Source of the DNA: Pseudobdellovibrionaceae bacterium
Lineage (GTDB): Bacteria > Bdellovibrionota > Bdellovibrionia > Bdellovibrionales > Bdellovibrionaceae
Direction of reading: 5' to 3'
NCBI GenBank assembly: GCA_013359135.1
Contig: JABWCN010000002.1
Coordinates: 50,253 to 114,252 of the forward strand
DNA: 64,000 nucleotides
This document shows positions 9,101-18,431 of the stretch, piece by piece (the first letter of the stretch is position 1; each line of letters begins with the position of its first letter). The notes beneath the pieces were generated by a model. It made no database searches and was not told the origin of the DNA. It was given only the letters and a program-made list of their open reading frames with translations. The position numbers and the translations under genes were made by a program.

Positions 9101-10528
9101 GTGAAAAGTAAATTTGGTTTTCCTATTAAATTATCAGCTATTTCACTGATTCTAACCTTGTCAGTTTTCTATGGGCTTATTTTTTTACTCCATAGAGCCT
9201 ATAAAGATATTGAACAGATTCAGAAAATCGAGTTCCCATTTTTATTGATGAGTTCATCTTCTCTTCGTCTTGTTGAACAATCAAATTACCTGTTAGAAAT
9301 GATTATTAAAGAGAAACAAGTTGCCAAAATAGATGAGTTTTTATCAACTTACGAAGCATACCAATTAGCTCTTGATGAGTCTGAATCTTTTTATAGGTCT
9401 TCTTTTTTATATGATAATCAAAATGCATTACCATTTGTTAGGCTAAAAAATACTTTTAATGATCCCACAACAAATTTTTTAAACTTAATTAAAGCTCATG
9501 AGTTTGAAAAAGCAGAAAAAGTTTATCAAAAGGTTATCAGTGATAAGTATTTAGAATCAAGAGAGTCCTTATCTCAAGTCGCATTTAATCTTTCAAAAAA
9601 GCACGACAGTAAATTGATTTCAAACAATCAATTATTCTACATATTTTTTATTGCTTCATTGATAGGATTAGGTTTGGTTATTACACTTTGGTTTTTTGTT
9701 TTTATTGCGTATAAGAAAAATAAAGAGGCAAGAGAAAATGCCGAGGCGGAACTTGAAAAAGAAAGAGTGAAAAGTATTCACAATTCAAAGATGTCTGCAT
9801 TAGGTGAAATGGCTTCTGGCGTAGCTCATGAAATTAATAACCCGCTTACGATCATTCAAGGAGTAGTGACGATAACTATAAAAAAACTTCAAACTTCTAC
9901 CGAGCCTAAAGAGCTCGCATTAGAATCATTTGATAAGATTTTAAAAGTAGTAGAGAGAATTGCCAAAATCGTTAAGTCAATGCGGACCATTTCAAGAGAT
10001 GCCAGTAGCGATCCTATGGTTTCCGTCAATATTTATAACATGGTCGATGAGATCTTAAGTTTTTCTAAGCAAAGATTGTCAAAGTTTCAAATTGAACTTA
10101 TTAATCAAATTAATCCTGAAATTAAATGTGAGTGCCGTCAGATTGAAATTGAGCAAGTTCTTTTAAATTTACTGAATAATTCTATCGATGCTATCGAGTC
10201 TTTAAGTGTTAAAGATAATTTCTCTTCAGAGGTTGAGACCACAAAGAGATGGATAAAACTGCAATCAGTGGAGCAGGGGAAAGACATTCTCATTAAAGTT
10301 GTTGATTCTGGCCCTGGAATTCCTAAGGATGTTAAAGAAAAAATCATGTCACCATTTTTTACTTCTAAAGAAATTGGTAAGGGTACTGGGTTAGGCTTGA
10401 GTATCTCTTTAGGTATTGCAAAAAAGCATGGAGGGCATTTGTTTTATGATGAGAGTGCCGAGAATACGACTTTTGTGTTGCAGTTACCCATGACTCAAGA
10501 AAAAAAGAATGATTCTGAAGCCGCTTAA
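9101..10528 (+). CDS. sensor histidine kinase (HisKA + HATPase_c), two transmembrane segments
   Basis: GTG start with an AAAAGGG RBS. H-box ALGEMASGVAHEINNPLT, N-box LLNLLNNSIDA, G-boxes VVDSGPGIP and GTGLGLSI. No cognate response regulator is adjacent. Confidence 0.85.
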   Translation: MKSKFGFPIKLSAISLILTLSVFYGLIFLLHRAYKDIEQIQKIEFPFLLMSSSSLRLVEQSNYLLEMIIKEKQVAKIDEFLSTYEAYQLALDESESFYRSSFLYDNQNALPFVRLKNTFNDPTTNFLNLIKAHEFEKAEKVYQKVISDKYLESRESLSQVAFNLSKKHDSKLISNNQLFYIFFIASLIGLGLVITLWFFVFIAYKKNKEARENAEAELEKERVKSIHNSKMSALGEMASGVAHEINNPLTIIQGVVTITIKKLQTSTEPKELALESFDKILKVVERIAKIVKSMRTISRDASSDPMVSVNIYNMVDEILSFSKQRLSKFQIELINQINPEIKCECRQIEIEQVLLNLLNNSIDAIESLSVKDNFSSEVETTKRWIKLQSVEQGKDILIKVVDSGPGIPKDVKEKIMSPFFTSKEIGKGTGLGLSISLGIAKKHGGHLFYDESAENTTFVLQLPMTQEKKNDSEAA

Positions 10529-10557
10529 TTGTTAAATCAATTATTGAAGGAGAATCC

Positions 10558-11076
10558 ATGCTTCAGGAAGTCACTATTTTCACAACAGGTGGAACGATCG
10601 AGAAAACTTATAATGAATTTGATGGTTCATTAGAAAATAGAGGAACTAGTATCAAAAATCGTATTCTTACGAAATTAAGACTGCCAACGACACCAATTCA
10701 TGTTTTTCCCTTGATGAGTAAGGACTCTCTCTACATGACAGAAGCAGATCGTGAGTTGATATTATCACATTTGAAAGAAGCTACATCGAAATCTAATCCT
10801 ATAGTTATTCTTCATGGAACTGACACCATGACAGTGACAGCAGAGTATTGCTGGAAAAGTATTAAATCCCCTAAGGTTGCAGTTGTTTTTACAGGGGCTA
10901 TGATTCCAATGGGATTTGATGATTCTGATGCGACTCAAAACGTCACTGAAGCCTTGCTGGCAGCAAAATTTTTAAAACCAGGTTTTTATATTTGCTTTCA
11001 TAACCAAATATTTAATGTTCCTAATGTGATAAAAAATAAAACCAAAGGAACTTTTGAAAAATTACAGGTTGACTGA
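10558..11076 (+). CDS. L-asparaginase N-terminal-domain family protein
   Basis: 172 aa with TTGGTIEK (TGGTI motif) and ILHGTDTM motifs of the asparaginase/glutaminase N-domain. Only the N-domain is present. Confidence 0.55.
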   Translation: MLQEVTIFTTGGTIEKTYNEFDGSLENRGTSIKNRILTKLRLPTTPIHVFPLMSKDSLYMTEADRELILSHLKEATSKSNPIVILHGTDTMTVTAEYCWKSIKSPKVAVVFTGAMIPMGFDDSDATQNVTEALLAAKFLKPGFYICFHNQIFNVPNVIKNKTKGTFEKLQVD

Positions 11077-11586
11077 AGGACGAGAGACTTTAACTGCTTG
11101 GCTAGTGCCATTGAGCTGCTCTTTGATACAAACTTGAGGGTTTTGCACCACACGCTGTTGCAGTTTAGTGAAAATTGGTTCTCTAATCGCTAAGGAGTTG
11201 TCTTGAAGAACGCACTGTCGAGCAATTTTTAAGGTCATATTAATAATTATAGGGGCCTTCATGTTAGCTGACATTTGTGTTGGGTCATCTGGAATTGTGA
11301 TAACACAGAAGGAGCGAGTTTTATCTGTATGTGACAGCTTTAAAGATTCAAGATCAGTTTTAGTTAAGCCAGGTTGATAATTAGTTACAAAAAGCTCAGG
11401 TTCAAGAAGAGGAAACGCAATCTGAGGTGACTCACAACTTTGTAACCATATAAATATCTCATCAGAAGGGTCATCAACTAAAACGAATTTTCTTAGATCT
11501 GAGAAGCCAAGCAGGCCTTCAGGAAAGTTTATAACGTCATCAGATTCAAATTTCACCTGTCCAAAACGAGAAGTCTGGATAAGCAT
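11062..11586 (-). CDS. fliW: flagellar assembly factor FliW (CsrA antagonist)
   Basis: 174 aa with strong FliW/DUF180 similarity (FPEGLLGF..., MSANMKAPIIIN versus Bacillus MTANLQAPIVIN). Confidence 0.85.
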   Translation of the reverse strand: MLIQTSRFGQVKFESDDVINFPEGLLGFSDLRKFVLVDDPSDEIFIWLQSCESPQIAFPLLEPELFVTNYQPGLTKTDLESLKLSHTDKTRSFCVITIPDDPTQMSANMKAPIIINMTLKIARQCVLQDNSLAIREPIFTKLQQRVVQNPQVCIKEQLNGTSQAVKVSRPSVNL

Positions 11587-11734
11587 AGTCCCTCCTGTTT
11601 AACTAATGACTCACTGAACCTTCAAAATGGTTAGTTAGAATTAGTCTTTACCCCTAGGAAAAATTTGAACTTAAATGATCAAAAACTCAAGATTTTTGGA
11701 CTTTAGCGCAATGTTTAATATGCAGTTTTAGCAA

Positions 11735-11998
11735 CTATTTAGAATCTTTATTGCCGGAATTGTTGTTCACTAAGGGTTTTAGTAAACTAGCAACGGATTT
11801 TGATTTGTCTGCTGAAACTTGGGAAGATTCTTTATTTTGATCTTGGATGGCAAGATACACCTCTTCTCTATGTATCTTAGTGTCTTTAGGAGCTTCAATG
11901 CCTAAACGAACCTGTTTACCTTTGATTTGCACCACTCTGATTTTTATATGATCATCAATGGCTATGCTTTCACCCAACTTCCTTGTGAGAACGAGCAT
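11735..11998 (-). CDS. csrA: carbon storage regulator CsrA
   Basis: 87 aa: MLVLTRKLGESIAIDDHIKIRVVQIKGKQVRLGIEAPKDTKIHREEVY is canonical CsrA. A C-terminal extension is typical of FliW-partnered CsrA. Confidence 0.9.
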   Translation of the reverse strand: MLVLTRKLGESIAIDDHIKIRVVQIKGKQVRLGIEAPKDTKIHREEVYLAIQDQNKESSQVSADKSKSVASLLKPLVNNNSGNKDSK

Positions 11999-12414
11999 GA
12001 TAGTCTCCTTAACTTTATGTTTGTAACCCTATCGGAACAAAAATTCGGAACTGTAGGTATAATTTATATGGCCGAAAGTCAAGGCTTGCCAGCTAGATAC
12101 TTACAATTGTTAAAGAAATTTCATTTTGCTTAAAAAATGTGATTTTTTGTATGCAGCAGGAGAGTATGGCTAGTGCTTCAGACATAAAATCCTTTTGATT
12201 AAACTCAGTTCGTCAATTCGCATCGTAGTTCAATAAAAATCAAAATTAATGACAAATTTTGGCTCTTATTTCAAAAAAAAAATCCCTATAAGATTTTATC
12301 ATCTAAAGAGAGTAAAGAAGTTTGACACTCAATTTTGAAAATTGTTCAAAACTCTACAGTCGATTTATAAAAACAGAAGAGTTATTATGGTCATCTATAT
12401 TTTGGAGAATTGTA

Positions 12415-13620
12415 ATGAAATTTTTGATATTACTTTTTTTATTTATCGGAGCCTTTGTAAGTTCATCTATGGCTAATCCAGTAGCTTGTGTAAATACCTA
12501 TAAAAGTTTTAAAGCTTCCAGCTCTTTTGAGAGTCGACTAGAGTTTTTTTTAGATAAAAAAACTGGGTATTTGCCGTTGTTAATTTCGGATTTTTTGCAA
12601 CAGGATTTTAAAGACTTTCTTGATTATTATAAATATCAAGTACTCCTAGCTGAGAGAAAAGGTGATAAGTCTCCACTTAAGTCTAATTTAGAGCTTTTGG
12701 AAACTGTGATAGCAACATTAGATACAAAAATACAAAAAATTGAATCTTTACATGAACCAAAATTGATTCAAAAGATATTTTCTAGTACCAAAAGTAGAAA
12801 ATTAAAGTTGGATAAAGCTGTTAATGAAGCTAATCAGTGTAAGGCAACTTTTAATAAATGTAGTTTAAGCTTAGATGTTGCTATTCAGGAAGCTGGTAAT
12901 AATATTATTTTATTAGAGACATTAAAATCAAATTTGGAAAATTATAGTAGAGAAATATCTGATTTTAATAGCACTCTTGTAGAGCAAGGTGGTAGTGGTA
13001 AATTAGCTAAATATTCCAGTGAATCTTCGCCATTTTTAATTCAGCATTATGAGCGAGTAGTGGGGATTTTAGAAGTTGTTAAATCGTTGCTTCAAATGGA
13101 AGTAAATAATGTCATTTCAGCAAAATTAAAGTTGAATATGGAAGTCCCTACTTTAGAGCAAAAATTTAAAAATTTAATTCATAAAGGAATCGAAGATTTA
13201 TTAATTGAGGGCGATAAAGAAAGAAGTAAAGATTTGTCCCCTAAAAGCAATGGAACTATACCTGAGAAGCTTAATAGAAAAATTAATATTGGAGAGAGAG
13301 TGTATGTTCTAACAGATAATAATAGTGATGTTTATATGGCTACTGTTGTGGCTAAAAATGAATCTGGTGAATACATGGTTGAATCTAAAAAGCATGGAAT
13401 CGTTAAAAAAAATCGTAACAAAATAGCCATTGATGATTATGGTTTGTCTTATGAAGGTATAAAAATTGGCATGAGGGTTGTTGCAATAAGAGATGATCGT
13501 TCTAGTCAATATTTTTCTAGTGTTCTAGGTATTCTACCTAGTGGAGTTTTTATTATTGAAGGACCTGGCAGAGGTACACTTACAGATAAGATTCGTAGTC
13601 TAATTTATGTTGCTGAATGA
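12415..13620 (+). CDS. secreted coiled-coil hypothetical protein with two C-terminal small beta-barrel-like repeats
   Basis: The track start is 12322; the likely start is ATG 12415, giving the signal peptide MKFLILLFLFIGAFVSSSMA. It has long heptad-like regions. The C-terminus has two related ~35-aa segments (ERVYVLTDNNSDVYMATVVAKNESGEYMVE / GMRVVAIRDDRSSQYFSSVLGILPSGVFIIE). Confidence 0.45.
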   Translation: MKFLILLFLFIGAFVSSSMANPVACVNTYKSFKASSSFESRLEFFLDKKTGYLPLLISDFLQQDFKDFLDYYKYQVLLAERKGDKSPLKSNLELLETVIATLDTKIQKIESLHEPKLIQKIFSSTKSRKLKLDKAVNEANQCKATFNKCSLSLDVAIQEAGNNIILLETLKSNLENYSREISDFNSTLVEQGGSGKLAKYSSESSPFLIQHYERVVGILEVVKSLLQMEVNNVISAKLKLNMEVPTLEQKFKNLIHKGIEDLLIEGDKERSKDLSPKSNGTIPEKLNRKINIGERVYVLTDNNSDVYMATVVAKNESGEYMVESKKHGIVKKNRNKIAIDDYGLSYEGIKIGMRVVAIRDDRSSQYFSSVLGILPSGVFIIEGPGRGTLTDKIRSLIYVAE

Positions 13621-13678
13621 GCTCTGTGATTTTATTGGATTGGTAGGGGGGGGAGAAATTATACAAGAGATGACTTTT

Positions 13679-14767
13679 CTATTTTAAAAAATCTAGCAAG
13701 CTTGGTTGAATCATTTTTCCAGATGTTTCAAGGGTTGCTTTCAGTGCGGAATCAGTTTTATTTATATCAGATACAACTTGGAAAACATCAGCATCTTCCA
13801 AAAGAGAGTTGGAAATTTTAGTGTCAACAATAGCTTTCTGAAGCGAATCCATGGTGCCATTCACTGTCATTATCCTCGCTCCCACCTCGGATCTACCAAG
13901 TACAATTTGAGATAAAGCTTGGTCTAACAAGTCCAAAGATTCTTGAATTCCTTCTTTGTCGTTGGATTTAAGAGAAACTTCAAGTCCTTTGAGAACCTGG
14001 AAAACATTAGTCCCAGGATCATCATTTGAAGGATCTTTACTACTTATCGTCGATTTATCGCTGAAGCTAGCTGGCCCTCTAAGTAAAACTTTATTTTCTT
14101 TGTCTTGGTTAAAAATTTCTTCTGATTCTTGTTCGTTAGCTTTAATGATTTGTAGGTCTTCAATTTTTGTTGGAGTGACTTGACCAGGCCGAACCAACCC
14201 ATCCCTTGAAATACCTTCTCCAAGAAAAATAGAGCTTCCAGGTAGATTCATAGCGACAAACTGATCTTTTTGAGTTTGCACTTTGAGATCTCCACTATCT
14301 CCGAAATACTCTCCATCTTTATTGAAGGGCATTGTTTGAGTTTTAAATCCTGAGAAAATATATCTTTCCCCTAATTTACGATTTCCTATCTGAACAGCTT
14401 GATTAAAAATTTGTTGTACTTCTTGTGCAGTAACATTTCTTGTTTGAGCGTTAGATGAAGCATCACTTGATTGACTAACGGCAAGTTCCTTAGCTCTGAC
14501 GAGTAATTCAGAAAGTTCATTCAAAGATTGGTCGGAGAATTCTAGAAAAGACTTTGCTTGATTAATATTTTTAACAAATTGATTACCGGTTCGTTCTTCC
14601 GTTTTTCCAGCTAACACTCTAGTTGTTGCTAATGGGTCATCAGAAGGTTTATTGATTTTCTTTTGAGTTGCAGCCTGGTTTTGCAAATCATTCATATCAG
14701 TACGGTTTTTACTGATATTTTTTTGCACTTGATTGTAGTTCATTTTATCTGCAATTCTCATTTTCAA
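13679..14767 (-). CDS. flgL: flagellar hook-associated protein 3 (FlgL)
   Basis: 362 aa with a flagellin-like N-terminus (MKMRIADKMNYNQV...DDP) and conserved C-terminal helix. It is immediately downstream of flgK. Confidence 0.8.
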   Translation of the reverse strand: MKMRIADKMNYNQVQKNISKNRTDMNDLQNQAATQKKINKPSDDPLATTRVLAGKTEERTGNQFVKNINQAKSFLEFSDQSLNELSELLVRAKELAVSQSSDASSNAQTRNVTAQEVQQIFNQAVQIGNRKLGERYIFSGFKTQTMPFNKDGEYFGDSGDLKVQTQKDQFVAMNLPGSSIFLGEGISRDGLVRPGQVTPTKIEDLQIIKANEQESEEIFNQDKENKVLLRGPASFSDKSTISSKDPSNDDPGTNVFQVLKGLEVSLKSNDKEGIQESLDLLDQALSQIVLGRSEVGARIMTVNGTMDSLQKAIVDTKISNSLLEDADVFQVVSDINKTDSALKATLETSGKMIQPSLLDFLK

Positions 14768-14789
14768 ATCCTAATAATTTTAAAATCAA

Positions 14790-16202
14790 TTATAATCGTT
14801 TTAAATTCAATATCGTATCAAACATTTCGTCAGCTGTACGGATAAGTCTTGCAGAGGCATCATAAGCCTTTTGCATTTCTACCATTTTTGCAGCCTCTTC
14901 ATCTAAACTAACTCCACTGATGCTTTCTCTGATCTGGGTTAGCTGGTCTAAAATATTTTTTTGGTTCTCATGAGTCTTCATTGAGCGTTGAGCAATAGTT
15001 CCTATTTGCCCTACTTGAGCTGTGTAGTAGTCATCAAGGGTTGAATTCCCATTATCCATTACTCTTTGGAATTGCAGTCCAGAAATAATGTTTGCGATGG
15101 TGTTATCGCCAGGGCTGTTAGTTCGCGCAGCTACAGCAATTTTTCCAGCATCTAATTTGATGCTCTCATTTAAACTTAGTGTCTCTGCAGCACCTTTAAC
15201 TTCAGAGGGCATTTCAAAAAATAAAATTCCATCTTTTCCATAATTGTCAAAACCTTCAATATGAGCCTTGTTAACTTCTTTTGCTAGCTCATAGGCCATA
15301 TTATCAATACTTGAAAGGTGCTGCTCTATAAGCTGATCTCTGATTTCTAAAGCCCCTCCTATGCGCCCACCTTTGATTTGACCAGTGATATTAAACAAAC
15401 TACCATTTTCAGTGGATCTATAAAAAATTTCTAAACGATCTCTTTCATCCGTGTAAGATGTTTCTAAGTCTCTTGACGACAAGCCCGAAACAAGAATAGC
15501 TGTGTTTCCGGCGGTCACACTTACCATGCCTTCTTTACTTTCTGCCCAAGTGATGTCTACTTTTTCACCAAGTTTTTTGAGTAACAAATCTCTGCGATCA
15601 CGTTCATCATTTGCAGGAACATTTTGTATTTCAACTTGTTGAATTTTTTCATTTAAAGAAGCTATTTCTTTAGTGATCTGATTGATCTCTTCTACTGTAG
15701 TTTTAATTTGTCCATCTAAATCGTTTTGAACCTCTTTGAGTTGGCCATTGACTCGTTTGAAATCTTGAGTCAAAGCATTGGCCGCTTCTTTAACCATAGT
15801 TCTTGAAGCTAAACTTTCAGGAGTTATTGCTAGCTCTCTGAAAGAATTAAAAAAATCAGTCATAAACTGATTTAGACCTTTATTTGCCTGTTCATTGTAG
15901 ATTTGTTCGACTCTTGCCAGAGAGTTGGCTTTAGATTCTGTAAAACCAAGATTCATATTCTCTTTTTGGATTTGCTTCTCAAGCCATGGGTTATTTATTC
16001 TGGAAACTTGAGTGGCTCTTGCACCTGTTCCAATACGTATTCGCCCTACACCAGTAGGGTCGTTGGCCACTTGATCGACTCTTTGTCTTGAGTAACCTTC
16101 GGTATTTTTATTGGCAATATTATGAGAGACAGTCTGCAAAGCTGTTTGTGAGTTTGATAGTGATCTTTTACCAACGTCCATCATGGACGAAATTTTAGAC
16201 AT
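14790..16202 (-). CDS. flgK: flagellar hook-associated protein 1 (FlgK)
   Basis: 470 aa with N-terminus MSKISSMMDVGKRSLSNSQTALQTVSHNIANKNTEGYSRQRVD, the FlgK signature. Confidence 0.85.
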   Translation of the reverse strand: MSKISSMMDVGKRSLSNSQTALQTVSHNIANKNTEGYSRQRVDQVANDPTGVGRIRIGTGARATQVSRINNPWLEKQIQKENMNLGFTESKANSLARVEQIYNEQANKGLNQFMTDFFNSFRELAITPESLASRTMVKEAANALTQDFKRVNGQLKEVQNDLDGQIKTTVEEINQITKEIASLNEKIQQVEIQNVPANDERDRRDLLLKKLGEKVDITWAESKEGMVSVTAGNTAILVSGLSSRDLETSYTDERDRLEIFYRSTENGSLFNITGQIKGGRIGGALEIRDQLIEQHLSSIDNMAYELAKEVNKAHIEGFDNYGKDGILFFEMPSEVKGAAETLSLNESIKLDAGKIAVAARTNSPGDNTIANIISGLQFQRVMDNGNSTLDDYYTAQVGQIGTIAQRSMKTHENQKNILDQLTQIRESISGVSLDEEAAKMVEMQKAYDASARLIRTADEMFDTILNLKRL

Positions 16203-16219
16203 TATGTCTCCAAACTAGT

Positions 16220-16735
16220 TTAGATTTCTTTGGAAATAAAATTTCCAGATTGTTCTGGCCCTTGTTTGTATTGGCCTTTTCTTTCGTAAGTTTTTTTACC
16301 ACTTAAAGTTTCTTTTATATTAGTCATGGTTCCATTTAAAACCTTTAAAGCTCTTTGCGCTAACTCATCATTATCCTTATTTAGCTCAATTATTCTAGAA
16401 ATAATCATATCTAAGGTTTTATGAAGATTTCGTAAATGATCTCCCATAGTCCCTTGTAGTTTTTGGGCTATTTCTAGAAGTCTGGGATTTTCAGTATCTG
16501 CTTTAACTAAAACACATAGCTCTTTGGCGTGTTTATACCTGAGGGTATCTGCAAGTTTAATTTTTTGAATTTGAATCTCTTTTTGACTATTGATATCGAT
16601 AATGACTTCAGATTCTGCATTTATGAGAGCTTCTTTTTCTTTACGAGCAAGATCTAATAGTTGGCGGTACAACTTAATTAAATCATCTAAATTTTGAACT
16701 AGTTTTTCGTAAGCTCTTTCTTTAACCGCATCCAT
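16220..16735 (-). CDS. flgN: FlgN-like flagellar export chaperone
   Basis: 171 aa helical protein in the flgM-flgN-flgK-flgL order. I assign it by position and predicted coiled-coil character only. Confidence 0.45.
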   Translation of the reverse strand: MDAVKERAYEKLVQNLDDLIKLYRQLLDLARKEKEALINAESEVIIDINSQKEIQIQKIKLADTLRYKHAKELCVLVKADTENPRLLEIAQKLQGTMGDHLRNLHKTLDMIISRIIELNKDNDELAQRALKVLNGTMTNIKETLSGKKTYERKGQYKQGPEQSGNFISKEI

Positions 16736-16783
16736 GCGTTTAGCTCCTTATTATTCTATGAAGTGGAACAATATCATTAATTT

Positions 16784-17119
16784 CTAATTGAGGAGGTCAA
16801 TCTCTTCATCGACCATTTTATCTGCGACGGCTTTAGCATCCACTTTATAATTACCTTCATCGATTAATTTTCTGAATCTTTCCACCTTAGCCTGATCCAC
16901 ATCAGGAGCCGCTAATGCAAGTTCTTTAATTTTTTTGGCTTCTAAGGCTTTGTCTGATAAATTTACCCTGCTTGCTTGATCAGCTGAGCTGTTAAAAATT
17001 GAAGCTGCACTAGTTGAATTGCTTCCTGCTTTTGATTTTTGAGTTCCTTCAGATTTTTCTGATTTTCCACTGTCATTGATATTCAGATTTTGTCCAACTT
17101 TGTTATGGGTAATTTTCAT
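16784..17119 (-). CDS. flgM: anti-sigma-28 factor FlgM
   Basis: 111 aa with a Ser/Ala-rich N-terminal half and a C-terminus FRKLIDEGNYKVDAKAVADKMV matching the FlgM C-terminal helix consensus. Confidence 0.75.
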   Translation of the reverse strand: MKITHNKVGQNLNINDSGKSEKSEGTQKSKAGSNSTSAASIFNSSADQASRVNLSDKALEAKKIKELALAAPDVDQAKVERFRKLIDEGNYKVDAKAVADKMVDEEIDLLN

Positions 17120-17124
17120 GGAAA

Positions 17125-17158
17125 ACCTCCTTGTATTTAGCTTTCTGATTCCTTGTAC
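17125..17158 (-). promoter_or_regulatory. two CsrA-consensus binding sites in the flgM 5' leader, one overlapping the SD
   Basis: The minus-strand RNA reads GUACAAGGAAUC-N12-AUACAAGGAGGU-N6-AUG. The second site matches the SELEX consensus RUACARGGAUGU at 11 of 12 positions. The first matches at 9 of 12. The two GGA motifs are 24 nt apart. Confidence 0.45.
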
Positions 17159-17394
17159 TTTAATCAGAATGTCTCACTAAGAACCAGTGTATCATAGTGG
17201 TACAAAAAACTAAAGTAAGTTTCTAGATAGTTGAATCTACAGGCCTTTAGTGTGTAATTAGGTATATTAAATCGTTAAAAAGTCATAAAATGCAGTATTT
17301 ATTTTTGAGTTGGAGGTAATAGGTATAAGACTTTAGTTTGAGAAAGAGCTGGAATAGCGTCAGCATAGCCATCAAGTTAAAGTTATTTAGGTAG

Positions 17395-18207
17395 CTATTT
17401 TTTTGAAAGCATGGGAATAAATTTATTATAAATTTGCTCAACAATGAGAGGATTACCAGCAATAACTGAACGACTATAAGGAGTGTGTGGTTGATTGTTG
17501 TAATCTTTTAAAACTCCTCCTGCTTCTTCGACTAAAAGTTGTCCTGCAGCGACATCCCATGGGCTTAAATTTTTCTCCCAAAAACCATCGAAAACACCTC
17601 TTGCTACTTGGCAAAGATCATAGGCTGCAGCACCAGCTCTACGGATACCTCGACAATCCCCTACAATAGAAGAAAAGAGTTGAATTTGCTCTTGCAAAGC
17701 AACTTTATCGTCGGGAAAAAAACCAGTAGCAAGTAATGCTTTTTTTAAGTCTTTATTTGGATTTATTTTGAGCTTATTTCCATTAACAAAAGCTCCATGA
17801 CCTTTGATAGCCGTATAGGTTTCTCCAAGCATAGGAACATCAATGACGCCAAGAAGAAGCTCACCATTTTGTTCATAACCGATACTTATACAGAAGACTG
17901 GAAATTGATGAATATAGTTTGTAGTGCCATCAAGAGGGTCGCAAATCCATCGACCCAAATGACCACCGCGCCCCTCTGAGACTTCGTCCCCGGCAAAAGA
18001 GGATTCCTCACCTAAGAACTCAGTGTTGGGATACTTATTTAAAAGAAAATTTTTGATAACATATTCAGATTCTTTATCAGCCTCACTGACCAGGCCAGCT
18101 AAATATTTTTCTTCTACCTGAGCTAGCTTACCAAAATATTTAAGTAAAACCTCTCTTCCAAGTTTGGTAGCATGAATGGTATCATAGAGTGCTTGACGTA
18201 AGTTCAT
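17395..18207 (-). CDS. suhB: inositol monophosphatase family protein (SuhB-like)
   Basis: 270 aa with ICDPLDGTTNYIH and FPVFCISIG motifs of IMPase. Confidence 0.85.
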   Translation of the reverse strand: MNLRQALYDTIHATKLGREVLLKYFGKLAQVEEKYLAGLVSEADKESEYVIKNFLLNKYPNTEFLGEESSFAGDEVSEGRGGHLGRWICDPLDGTTNYIHQFPVFCISIGYEQNGELLLGVIDVPMLGETYTAIKGHGAFVNGNKLKINPNKDLKKALLATGFFPDDKVALQEQIQLFSSIVGDCRGIRRAGAAAYDLCQVARGVFDGFWEKNLSPWDVAAGQLLVEEAGGVLKDYNNQPHTPYSRSVIAGNPLIVEQIYNKFIPMLSKK

Positions 18208-18431
18208 TTGACCTCAATGGTTATGAGTTTTTTAATTATCTTTTGAACTATCAATCTGAACTATAGTCGCGTCAACAATTGAAATGTAAGAAAAATAAGA
18301 TTGTCTAGGAGTGTCTATTCATGCAATCCCTTCTTAGGTCGCATTGACCAGGTAAAGCCTTCTTAGATAACATAATAGTGTGAAGAGCTTGAATAACTCA
18401 AGACGAGTGATACCTTTGGGGAAGGAATAAT

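Noticed and set aside
11927-12133. 68-aa ORF overlapping the csrA 5' end and upstream region
   Set aside because: It overlaps the csrA start on the opposite strand. It has no RBS. It is probably spurious.
13640-13660. G8 homopolymer (ggtaggggggggag) between convergent genes
   Set aside because: It lies downstream of both flanking genes (12415-13620 and flgL), so slipped-strand variation would not alter a promoter or reading frame. I noted it only as a sequencing-error-prone site.
17360-17375. Sigma-54-like element (TGGCTA-N5-ACGCT, minus strand) about 240 bp upstream of flgM
   Set aside because: The -12 region is poor (ACGC rather than TTGC) and the leader would be long. I saw no better promoter, but this one is unconvincing.
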